DNA of 60,060 nucleotides from a virus (Duplodnaviria; Caudoviricetes): positions 1-60,060 of IMG/VR virus record IMGVR_UViG_3300020201_000020. One strand, 5' to 3'. The translations under genes and the position numbers were made by a program. Below the pieces are notes generated by a model. It searched no databases, was not told the DNA's origin, and worked only from the letters and a program-made list of their open reading frames with translations. The stretch's first letter is position 1. Each line of letters opens with the position of its first letter. Positions 28,500 to 37,364 of this stretch are shown piece after piece.

Positions 28500-29987
28500 A
28501 TGAGTTTTTTCAGAGTATCCAATCCGGTCGCCACGGCATTTGGCCTAGACGATCTCGGTATTGTAATCGCAGCGTCAGCTTCAAACATTGTTCTATCGAA
28601 TCAGTTTTCAGTAAACGACCTATACCTAAGTGCAGACCTAGAAGCCGCCATTATCGCAGGAGACCTGACAGTTCAGATCGACTACGGCACTGGCTTTGCT
28701 TCAATCGCTTCAATCGACTATACGAACAGAGATGCACTAAGCTCATGGCTTAACGTGTATGAGATCAGCAATGAAAACAACAACGAAGACCTCGTTGACG
28801 GTTCAGAAGCTTCAGTTCTCCACAACCACGGATCGCTCTACTATACAAAAGCTCAAACGAATGCGATTACATTTGGAGCTTTGGTAGGACTAGACGGTTC
28901 AGGGTTCACAAGCCTTTCAAACCTAATTGACGATCTTCAAGAGTTCGCTAATGCGGTTGATGTAAAGTTTGGTTCATTCGATCTTGATAGTGCTTATACG
29001 AATGACGCAGACGGAATTCTAACCGTAAACGGTGCAGGGAAAGATCTAAACTTTAGATCAAACAACGTGAATGACATTATCATCTCACGCTGGAACGGCA
29101 CAGACTCACAGAGAGCTTTAATCCTAGACGTACCGGGCGACGAATTGATTTTAGGTTCACCGCTTGTTGGTGCTTTAAATCAACTCGATGTAAGAGTTCT
29201 TACAAACCTAATCGTAGACGGGAACTTAACCATCACTGGTACTTTCACAGATACGACAGTGAACGAGCTGAACGTAACGAATGCCAACATCAGACTTCGT
29301 GACGGAGCAACAGGTATCGCAGCGTCAAACGCCTACATCGAAATTGAGCGTGGAACTTCAGGCGCAGACGCACGTTTACTATGGGATGAAACATCAGCAA
29401 GATGGATGGCGGGGATTGTCGGTAACATGGCAACAATCGCTCTTCTCGAGAAGAACGAAGTCGTAACCGGTGTCTACGAAATGCAAGGCCCAGGAGTAAC
29501 TTCTCCTTCAATGTATCTAACAAACAAAGCAGCGGCACCTACGATCAACCTTGGAACATCTTTACAGATTCCAATGTCAATGATCAACAACACGCTCGCA
29601 GTATTCGACAAATCGAATTCAAGAAATAAATTCTTGTCAGTAAACAGAATGTACCTTGGATTCACTGGACGAGATAACGCTAACAACACGAACGAATATG
29701 CACGTTTTGGCGTATTCACATCGAATCAGTCATCAGCTCGTTTGATGAAAGATATGTGCTTAGTTGGAATGTCAGTTCAAACAAGTGGCGCAGAAACTTG
29801 GACAGCACGAGTTCGTAAGAATGGTGTCGTAACTAACTTAGCATCGCTTGTAGCTTCGGCAGTAGCAGGTGCTCAAGCGAACACGTACAACATCGACTTC
29901 AATGCTGGCGACAAGATTGATGTCTTCATTGACGGGGCATCAGTTGATCGTCCAGTAATTATGCTAGAGTTCGCTGAGAGGTTCTAA
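28500..29987 (+). CDS. putative virion fibre protein
   Basis: GGAGG SD; Gly/Ala/Thr/Asn-rich, HNH.SLYYTK, IEIERGT..ARLLWDE fibre motifs. Confidence 0.65.
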   Translation: MSFFRVSNPVATAFGLDDLGIVIAASASNIVLSNQFSVNDLYLSADLEAAIIAGDLTVQIDYGTGFASIASIDYTNRDALSSWLNVYEISNENNNEDLVDGSEASVLHNHGSLYYTKAQTNAITFGALVGLDGSGFTSLSNLIDDLQEFANAVDVKFGSFDLDSAYTNDADGILTVNGAGKDLNFRSNNVNDIIISRWNGTDSQRALILDVPGDELILGSPLVGALNQLDVRVLTNLIVDGNLTITGTFTDTTVNELNVTNANIRLRDGATGIAASNAYIEIERGTSGADARLLWDETSARWMAGIVGNMATIALLEKNEVVTGVYEMQGPGVTSPSMYLTNKAAAPTINLGTSLQIPMSMINNTLAVFDKSNSRNKFLSVNRMYLGFTGRDNANNTNEYARFGVFTSNQSSARLMKDMCLVGMSVQTSGAETWTARVRKNGVVTNLASLVASAVAGAQANTYNIDFNAGDKIDVFIDGASVDRPVIMLEFAERF

Positions 29988-30520
29988 TGAGTTTATTTGT
30001 TTCTACAACGGGAACAGACGTGGAGGTGCCAGAGCTTGGCATCTCCATTATTCATCCAACGACGGATCAAGATCTTCTTGATCAGTTTAGTTCAGATGAA
30101 ATATCTAAAGCTTTTAGTTTAACCGCTGCCATTGTTAGCGGTGCTTTAGTCTGGAGAAAGATAGCGGCAGGAGTCATTCAAACGCCTTCTAGCTACGATT
30201 CAGATTGGGCAGAGGTGGCAGAATTAAACACGGGCACAGGCTCGAGCGCAGACAGGGTCGTGACGTTTAAAAACCTTATTACGACCAAGGCAGGAAGAAT
30301 TGCAGCTGGAGGATTCACAGGTAATCCACGAAAGGCAACAGTGACATTCGCAACAGCTTTCCCAAACACTAACTATACAATCACAGTTCTAGGTGCTGAC
30401 GGCAGATCATTCATTTATGAATCAAAGCTTGCAGCATCTTTTGTAATTAATACACAAGCGAACGCAGCACTTTCTGGTGAAGTTCACTGGCAAGCACAAG
30501 CTGATGGGGAATCGGTATAA
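29987..30520 (+). CDS. putative virion fibre protein (gp53/H-lectin-like C-terminus)
   Basis: ATVTFATAFPNTNYTI...VHWQA; N-terminus paralogous to 28500. Confidence 0.6.
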   Translation: MSLFVSTTGTDVEVPELGISIIHPTTDQDLLDQFSSDEISKAFSLTAAIVSGALVWRKIAAGVIQTPSSYDSDWAEVAELNTGTGSSADRVVTFKNLITTKAGRIAAGGFTGNPRKATVTFATAFPNTNYTITVLGADGRSFIYESKLAASFVINTQANAALSGEVHWQAQADGESV

Positions 30521-31257
30521 TGGGTCACTTAATTGATAATATAACAGTAGAAGGAAACGGAAGTCTTGCGGGGCTTATCCTCCCTTCTACTCCTGTAGCG
30601 ACCACAGCGGCAGGGACTTTAACACTTACCGCTACGAGTGGTTCCGTCGTTTTCCTAACAGGCACAGCGGCTGGCTATTCAGTGGTTCTTCCAAACGCTA
30701 CGACTTTGGCCCAAGGGCGGCAGTATGAAATATACAATACTAGCTCCGCTCCAGTAGATATTAAGACGAACGGTGGTGCGACCCTGTTCACACTAGCGCA
30801 GTTCTCAACAGGGTATCTTTATCTTTTAAGCAATGGAACAGCAGTAGGGATATGGTCAGCATGGCAAATTTTCGCAAACCCAAGTGTTGCTACAGGTATT
30901 TTAAACTACAGGTCAACAAGTTCAGTTTCATTCACGACAGCAAGTGCGACAGACGTTATCATTACAGGTTTCACTCTCACGCCACAAGCTGGGACTTACG
31001 CTGTTTGGTATAACGCTTCAAGTGCAATAGCAACAAACAACACGAAACTGAGATCTTCGATATACAAAGGTGGGACGCTAATAGCAGATTCAACTCGACT
31101 AACACAGGCTTCAGGCGGTACATGGTCTGGTATGGCATCCACAATGACGACATCACAGTTCAACGGCTCACAGACTTGCGACATAAGGGTGAGATCATCA
31201 TCAGGTAATATTTCAGTTCTTGATAGAACATTAATCATGATCAGATTGGGGAATTAA
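30520..31257 (+). CDS. putative virion fibre protein
   Basis: Thr/Ser/Gly-rich; VVLPNATTL..GRQYEIYN; AGTYAVWY. Confidence 0.6.
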   Translation: MGHLIDNITVEGNGSLAGLILPSTPVATTAAGTLTLTATSGSVVFLTGTAAGYSVVLPNATTLAQGRQYEIYNTSSAPVDIKTNGGATLFTLAQFSTGYLYLLSNGTAVGIWSAWQIFANPSVATGILNYRSTSSVSFTTASATDVIITGFTLTPQAGTYAVWYNASSAIATNNTKLRSSIYKGGTLIADSTRLTQASGGTWSGMASTMTTSQFNGSQTCDIRVRSSSGNISVLDRTLIMIRLGN

Positions 31258-31258
31258 T

Positions 31259-31948
31259 ATGGCACTAACCAAAACGTACACTAAAACTCCATGCGCTTTA
31301 GATCGTATTATTTTCGACATACAAAGAAACGTGAACATCACGCTCGCTTTAAACTTTTCGACCACAAGTCTTTTTGGGGATCAGCTTACGGTTGGATTTC
31401 TAGCTGACCAGCCTGATTGGTCACACGTCGATTCAGTAGTCTCAGCTCATACGGGAATAGCACTTCCAAGCAATCTTACACAGGCCGTGTCAATAGCGTC
31501 GCTTCCAGAATCCGAGCCATTTGCAAGACCAGCATATAGAACTAAAAGAAATGCAACGGCAGCACTGGTTACGGTCACAGTGAATACCTCAAACACAATC
31601 GACTTCCTTATGACGGCAGAACGCTTCGTCACGGGTGGTGCATTGATCGTTAAGAACGCCGAGCTTGGCGACTACATCACGGCTTCAGTGTTTGACGGCT
31701 ACAATGGTGGGGTCATTCCTGAAGCATATAGAGCGGCCCTATGCGAAGCGTGGCCAGTGGTTGGGCTTTACATTGAGAAGGAATGGATTAAGAAAGAAGA
31801 CGGGGTTTATTCATCTCACGAGATTAATGCATACCCACTCAACGCAAAGATCTCGGCAGGTCTTTTACTTCGTGTGACCTATTTCGCAACAGCGGAAGGC
31901 TTAGATAGGGTTGTCGCACTAAACTACAACTTAACAAAGAAGCTATAG
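31259..31948 (+). CDS. putative virion structural protein
   Basis: co-transcribed with the fibre-like genes. Confidence 0.5.
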   Translation: MALTKTYTKTPCALDRIIFDIQRNVNITLALNFSTTSLFGDQLTVGFLADQPDWSHVDSVVSAHTGIALPSNLTQAVSIASLPESEPFARPAYRTKRNATAALVTVTVNTSNTIDFLMTAERFVTGGALIVKNAELGDYITASVFDGYNGGVIPEAYRAALCEAWPVVGLYIEKEWIKKEDGVYSSHEINAYPLNAKISAGLLLRVTYFATAEGLDRVVALNYNLTKKL

Positions 31949-31949
31949 C

Positions 31950-32090
31950 ATGAAAGGTTTTCTTCAGAGATCGTTGCTTAAGATTGTTGGGATTTGTTCA
32001 AAAGCAATGTCCCAGATTCACGCTCCGTTCACTCGTAAGAAAATATCAGCAAAACATTATCATGCAATTAATAAATGTCAGCTAAAGTAG
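31950..32090 (+). pseudogene. 5' remnant of a permuted papain-like (YiiX/YaeF) gene
   Basis: MKGFLQRSLLKIVG...IHAPFTRKKISAKHYHAI, then truncated by the foreign block. Confidence 0.45.
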
Positions 32091-32416
32091 AATTAGATTA
32101 TGTTAAGCTAGATGCTCTCTTGCAATTTAAGGCAACAAAAAGATTTTGTGCTGAATATATTGGTGTCTCAGAAGATGCTATCGACAGGCGATTGAGAGAA
32201 GAGCATAACATGACATTCACTGAATATCATGCAATGAGATTAGAACGTACTGCGGTAAAACTACAACAAAAGGCTATCGAAATGGCGTTGGCTGGCAATA
32301 CGGTTATGATGATATTTTCATTAAAGAATCTTGCTGGTTGGTCTGACAAGCTAGAGACAAGAGTGGATTCAACTCTGATTCAAATAAATATCGACAATGA
32401 TGATAATGAGCTTTAA
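32075..32416 (+). CDS. terminase small subunit-like protein (foreign block)
   Basis: HTH, LQQKAIEMALAGNTVMMIFSLKNLAGWSDK. Confidence 0.75.
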   Translation: MSAKVELDYVKLDALLQFKATKRFCAEYIGVSEDAIDRRLREEHNMTFTEYHAMRLERTAVKLQQKAIEMALAGNTVMMIFSLKNLAGWSDKLETRVDSTLIQINIDNDDNEL

Positions 32417-33189
32417 TGATTAATTTACTACATGGTGATTGCTTAGAGCTTATGAAATCTATTCCCGATAAATCAATTGATATGATTTTAACCGATCCAC
32501 CTTATGGAACTACAGCTTGTAAATGGGATGTAGTAATTCCATTTGAACCAATGTGGATTGAGTTAAAAAGAGTGATTAAAGATAATGGTGCTATCTGTTT
32601 ATTTGGGAGTGAACCTTTTAGTAGTCACCTTAGATTAAGTAATTTAAAGATGTTTAAGTATGACTTAGTTTGGGACAAAATGAGATCGGGAGCAATAGGT
32701 GTTGCGAAGTATCGGCCAATGCCAAGCTTTGAAAACATTATGGTGTTCGGAAAGAGTAAGACTACTTACAATCCTCAAATGAGAATAGGGAAGGCGTATA
32801 TTGACAAGAGGGGTGATGATACTGTCATCGAGAATCTATATGAAAATGCGCATAAGTATGGATTCAATAGTAAAAAAAGCCAGCACAATGAAGGTGTCAG
32901 ATACCCATTAAGTATATTACCTTTCGTTAAGTTTAATACTAAAGGTAATCACCCCACTCAAAAACCCGTTCCATTATTAGAATACCTTATCAAAACATAT
33001 ACATTAGAAAATGAAACAGTATTAGATTTCACAATGGGAAGTGGTTCAACAGGCGTTGCCTGTATTAATTTAAATAGAAACTTTATTGGAATTGAAAAAG
33101 ATGACAAATACTTTGAAATTGGATCAAAAAGAATTAAGGATTGCCTAGATTCAAAGACAGAGATAGCCAGAGAGCGAATAGGTGTTTAA
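32416..33189 (+). CDS. beta-class N6-adenine/N4-cytosine DNA methyltransferase
   Basis: GDCLE, TDPPY, HPTQKP, VLDFTMGSGSTG. Confidence 0.95.
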   Translation: MINLLHGDCLELMKSIPDKSIDMILTDPPYGTTACKWDVVIPFEPMWIELKRVIKDNGAICLFGSEPFSSHLRLSNLKMFKYDLVWDKMRSGAIGVAKYRPMPSFENIMVFGKSKTTYNPQMRIGKAYIDKRGDDTVIENLYENAHKYGFNSKKSQHNEGVRYPLSILPFVKFNTKGNHPTQKPVPLLEYLIKTYTLENETVLDFTMGSGSTGVACINLNRNFIGIEKDDKYFEIGSKRIKDCLDSKTEIARERIGV

Positions 33190-33451
33190 GAAGACAGCGG
33201 CCCAGGTTAAAGCGACTATCATTCTAGGATCAAGGGCCATTCACATAATGCTATTTGGTGGATCTCGCTCGGGAAAAACCTTTAAGATATGCAGGGCAAT
33301 CATCGTACGTGCTTCAAAAACTCAATCAAGACATGCTATTTTAAGACTTAACTTTAATCATTGCAAGACATCGATCTGGATGGACACTCTCCCTAAGGTG
33401 ACTTTGAGCTTATGCAATCAGACATTGAAAAGTTCTATTGCAGCGAGTTAG
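33182..33451 (+). pseudogene. truncated foreign terminase large subunit (N-terminal about 72 aa)
   Basis: TAAQ...MLFGGSRSGKT Walker A, HAILR; homology ends near 33398. Confidence 0.75.
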
Positions 33452-33597
33452 TGTATTTCGCCTACGACAAAGCAGTTCAACACTCTCCATTCAAACTACG
33501 AACCACACTCGGCAGAGAAACAGTTACTCCACAAGACTTCTATAATGCTAAAAAGAAATTCAAACAAATTTGGCATAGTGATGAAATGTCTGCTTAA
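33400..33597 (+). pseudogene. 3' remnant of a permuted papain-like (YiiX/YaeF) gene
   Basis: DFELMQSDIEKFYCSELVYFAY...VTPQDF. Confidence 0.7.
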
Positions 33598-33714
33598 ATT
33601 AAAGAAACGTAGTTCTTTCAGGGCTATGTATTAGGGGTCTTGCAGGTTCTACGTCTTAGGGGTGCAGATGCTTATGAGTCTTCATCCCTAAATTATTAGA
33701 TTGGAATTATTATA

Positions 33715-35184
33715 ATGATTGAAGAGATTGAAGACCTTGATGGCATAGAATTTTTAGGTGAGATGGTCGACGACGATATGCTCATGAAGTACGACCTCGC
33801 CCACTTCGCAGAAACCATGTTGAACATGGAAATTTCACAACATCATATTATTTGGGCAAAGATGGTAGCGGAGAATCCGAAGCTAGGAATCAACGCCCCA
33901 CGAGATCACGGTAAATCATTCCTATTCTCATTCGCCTATGTAATCTGGAGAGTCTATTACAATTGGCTCCCCACACAGCTTATGAGTCTGGAAAACTTCA
34001 AGTCAGTCCCGAGAATCTCTATTGGATATATCTTTTCAAACACCGTCGATCAGGCCGTCTTACTTCTCGACCTCGTGAAGCAGGAGGTGGAATCTAACCC
34101 AAGACTTCAGCATCTAGTACCTGCACGTAAAGATGTTTGGTCTAAAACAGCGGTTAAGTTTTCAAACGGTTCTCAAGTTCGAGCAAGAGGTTGGAATCAA
34201 TCTGTGCGAGGAGCCCACCCAGTCTGGATTGTTTGTGACGATGTTTTAAAAGATGAGATTATCTATTCAGAGGTTCAAAGAAAGAAGTACAACGACTATT
34301 TCTTTTCAGCAGTGACACCCATGCTAGTACCATGCGGTCAGCTCATCGTTGTCGGGACACCTATGCATCAAGATGATTTGTATGCACAAATCCAAAAGAC
34401 GGACATCTACGAGTTTAAGAAGTTCAAGGCAATGGAGAACGGAATCGCATTATGGCCTACACGCTATAACCGTCAGATGCTTGAAGCTAGGAAGCGTGAG
34501 GTTGGATCCACACGTTTCGCCCGTGAGTATATGTGTGAGCCAATCACGGATGACACATCGCTATTCACGGAAAGAATTATAAGTCAGTGCTGTGATAATT
34601 TATATGAAATGCCTATTGAGCTTGATGCTGACGATAGGAAAGAACTCAGAATATTTACCGGCGTGGATTTAGCTATCTCGTCAACAGTGGGAGCGGATTA
34701 TACCGTCATTCTAACGATAGGGGTTGATTCAAGGCAGCAAAGATATATTTTAGATATCGTACGAAAGAAGGGACTTCAGATGACCGAGCAGCTGATGCTC
34801 ATTCAAGATGTTTACAAAAGATTCAGACCGCAGAAAATAAAGATCGAGTCTAACGGCTTCCAAAGAGTATTCACGGATCAGCTTACACGAAACACTGACA
34901 TGCCTGTGGAAGCGCACATCACCACACGTATTAATAAGAACTCCCTAGCTGAAGGCGTTCCTTCACTTCAGATTCAATTCGAGAATAGGAAGTTTATCAT
35001 TCCAAGAAAGACGGCACGATGCAGAGAGAAGACCCAGCCTATCATCGACGAGCTTAAAGCCTTCACGTTCACAGATGGAAAGCTACAAGGTCTCGGAACT
35101 CACGACGACTGTGTAATGGCCCTCTGGATAGCTAACTCATGCGTAGGCGAATCAGAATTCTCATTCTCTATGGTAGGCGAGTGA
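33715..35184 (+). CDS. terL: terminase large subunit
   Basis: APRDHGKS, VRGAHP, VCDD, VGTP, GVDLA, HDDCVMAL. Confidence 0.95.
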   Translation: MIEEIEDLDGIEFLGEMVDDDMLMKYDLAHFAETMLNMEISQHHIIWAKMVAENPKLGINAPRDHGKSFLFSFAYVIWRVYYNWLPTQLMSLENFKSVPRISIGYIFSNTVDQAVLLLDLVKQEVESNPRLQHLVPARKDVWSKTAVKFSNGSQVRARGWNQSVRGAHPVWIVCDDVLKDEIIYSEVQRKKYNDYFFSAVTPMLVPCGQLIVVGTPMHQDDLYAQIQKTDIYEFKKFKAMENGIALWPTRYNRQMLEARKREVGSTRFAREYMCEPITDDTSLFTERIISQCCDNLYEMPIELDADDRKELRIFTGVDLAISSTVGADYTVILTIGVDSRQQRYILDIVRKKGLQMTEQLMLIQDVYKRFRPQKIKIESNGFQRVFTDQLTRNTDMPVEAHITTRINKNSLAEGVPSLQIQFENRKFIIPRKTARCREKTQPIIDELKAFTFTDGKLQGLGTHDDCVMALWIANSCVGESEFSFSMVGE

Positions 35185-35381
35185 CGAAGCTTCAGGTTGA
35201 GTTGATGAACTTTCTAACCCTAAATTTAAGCAAGCCACTGAGGGATAAAATATTATCATCAGAGGCAAAAGAAATTGTGAAAGCAGTTGAGCTATTCATT
35301 GTGGCCAACGAATTTAAAAGAACAGAGAAGCAAGAAGACGTTCTGCATCACAACTTCATGAAAGAGATCGAAAAGATTTAA
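35181..35381 (+). CDS. hypothetical protein, C-terminus FMKEIEKI
   Basis: GTGA coupling to terL. Confidence 0.55.
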   Translation: MTKLQVELMNFLTLNLSKPLRDKILSSEAKEIVKAVELFIVANEFKRTEKQEDVLHHNFMKEIEKI

Positions 35382-35439
35382 TTTGCCAAAATTCAGATGA
35401 CAATCCAGACTAGAGTTATAACTAAGCTTGTGGGTGAAA

Positions 35440-35703
35440 ATGATTGGACGATGTATCTGGTTCGATATCAAAAAAGGTTTTGGGTTTATTCGTGGTGAAG
35501 ATCGAATAGACTACTTTGCCCACTACTCAAAAATCCAAGCTAAAGACGGTGAATTCAGAACTCTCGAAGAGAATGAGCAAGTTTCATTTGAGCCATTTAT
35601 GACATTACGACCTGACGGGACAGACAAACCGCAGGCAAAAAATATAACTAGCTTGGAGAGTAAAGATGAGATTGTCAGAGAAGAGTTTCGCAGCTCTATC
35701 TGA
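35440..35703 (+). CDS. cold-shock domain protein
   Basis: WFDIKKGFGFI, YFAHYSKI, FRTLEENEQV, PQAKNI. Confidence 0.9.
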   Translation: MIGRCIWFDIKKGFGFIRGEDRIDYFAHYSKIQAKDGEFRTLEENEQVSFEPFMTLRPDGTDKPQAKNITSLESKDEIVREEFRSSI

Positions 35704-35727
35704 GGATAGGCCTTTACTTCCATTCAA

Positions 35728-36399
35728 TTGAGTAATGATAAAATAACCCGTTGGGTCAAGATCGTAGTTATGAGACTATTGAGGGAAAAGAATCTCTTCC
35801 ATCTCGATGTGTCCATGCTCGTCTCGGCCGGACTATTCGGCTATTCACAAGCACTCCAAAGATTTGAACCTTCCCGTAAAGTAAAACTAAAGACATTCGC
35901 AGAGTATAGAATTCGTGGCGCAGTCTTGGATGAGGTTAGGAAGATGATTGGAGATGAGCGAGTAAAAAATAAACGTCCGTACCTGGTTAGCACCCATGAC
36001 TTTGAATTTCTCCTTTCAGACGATGGTGAACAGGAAGAACAATTAGGGGTTGAGCTTTTCTTAGAATCACTTCCTTTGGAAACGAGAGACCTGCATATTC
36101 TAAAACTTAAATATATGGGTTACAATCTTAGAGAGATTGCTCAGATCATTGGTGTCTCTAATTCACGAGCTTCCCAGTTAATGGCAAGAGTGAAAAAGAT
36201 AGTTTATGATCACCATGAAGGAACTTTAAAGTTCAAGCTGAAGAAATTTATATGTCCAGCTTGCGGCTCAGAGAACCACTATTCCGATGAAGTTGATAAT
36301 TTTAGATGTGATGTTTGCGACACCGTTGTAGGGATAATAGATGGGTTTCCGATAATTGTTGCAGATTCAATGGGAGAGTTTGATGCCAATGTTTTGTGA
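35728..36399 (+). CDS. sigma-70 family (FliA/WhiG-like) sigma factor with C-terminal zinc ribbon
   Basis: SAGLFG..ALQRFEP..LKTFAEYRIRGAVLDEVR; LREIAQIIGVSNSRASQL; CPAC..CDVC. Confidence 0.88.
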   Translation: MSNDKITRWVKIVVMRLLREKNLFHLDVSMLVSAGLFGYSQALQRFEPSRKVKLKTFAEYRIRGAVLDEVRKMIGDERVKNKRPYLVSTHDFEFLLSDDGEQEEQLGVELFLESLPLETRDLHILKLKYMGYNLREIAQIIGVSNSRASQLMARVKKIVYDHHEGTLKFKLKKFICPACGSENHYSDEVDNFRCDVCDTVVGIIDGFPIIVADSMGEFDANVL

Positions 36400-37348
36400 T
36401 ATAACCGAAATTGCAGATACGCTTGATGACATGATCGAAAAAGGTCTAGCTATCAAGACAAACCAACAGGAAGACCTTCGTAAAGGTTTGACCTTCGATC
36501 CGTTCAATCCTTCAACCATGCACGAGCAGTCAACCATCTATAACCCTTACAAGTGGGTCGATGATGGTTACATGCCTTACACGGTGGATCATTGGAGAGC
36601 TTTAGGAAAATGCCCAGACAAGGAGAGCTATGCTGAAGTGGTGAAGCTCTACGACATGATCAACTTCAGGGTGTCGGCGTTCAAGTCATTCTCTAAGACA
36701 TTAGACACTGACCTGATCAAAGCTGGCGTTGTTCCCATTGGAACAGTTCACACCTATTCAAACGGTGTTAAATATAAAAAGATGCAGGAAGGTAAATGGG
36801 CACCGGTCAAAGACCTAAGCAAGCCCATGACTGGCCACGACGATATCGAGTCTCATGCTTCAGGCGTGAACAAGATCCAAGATCAAATCAAGTCACGAAC
36901 TAAAGACGATGCGCTCAGTGGCACTATTAAAGAAGAAGCTAAAAGAGAAGCACAGAAGCAAGTCCAAGAAGCCCTCAAGCAGGTGTTTGGTGGCGAGATG
37001 CCGGATGCCCTCAAAAAATACTTTGGAAAGGTCACCCAAGAGAACGACATGAAGGATCAAGAGAACGGAAAAGATGCTCCGACTAAATTGAAGGAAGCAG
37101 AAGAAGGACTCAAGCCTAAGAAGCACCACGTAGCGGTAGACTTCACGCATAACGGCAAAGCCTACAAGCATGAATTCCCGGCCGTCCATGGACATAGCAA
37201 AGAAGACGTTCAGGGTCGTGTAGTCGATATGATCAAAAAGAAACTTCCGGGTGCAGTCATTGGAAAAATTGCTGCCACATCGAAAGACGATGAAAAAGTT
37301 AAAGGACTAAGTCCTAAACAAGTTTGGAAAGATAAAAAGAAAGATTAA
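36383..37348 (+). CDS. putative head-packaged internal protein
   Basis: LIK|A followed by PIGTVHTYSNGVKYKK..GKW; head region. Confidence 0.55.
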   Translation: MPMFCDITEIADTLDDMIEKGLAIKTNQQEDLRKGLTFDPFNPSTMHEQSTIYNPYKWVDDGYMPYTVDHWRALGKCPDKESYAEVVKLYDMINFRVSAFKSFSKTLDTDLIKAGVVPIGTVHTYSNGVKYKKMQEGKWAPVKDLSKPMTGHDDIESHASGVNKIQDQIKSRTKDDALSGTIKEEAKREAQKQVQEALKQVFGGEMPDALKKYFGKVTQENDMKDQENGKDAPTKLKEAEEGLKPKKHHVAVDFTHNGKAYKHEFPAVHGHSKEDVQGRVVDMIKKKLPGAVIGKIAATSKDDEKVKGLSPKQVWKDKKKD

Positions 37349-37364
37349 AATTTAAGGAGACTAT

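Noticed and set aside
17672-33189. Complete restriction-modification or Dnd phosphorothioation system
   Set aside because: No cognate restriction nuclease or DndA/D/E partners next to the methyltransferases or the PAPS-like gene
33600-33714. Imperfect hairpin (about 33656-33691) or decayed ORF before terL
   Set aside because: Needs several G-U pairs and has no U-tract; no function can be supported
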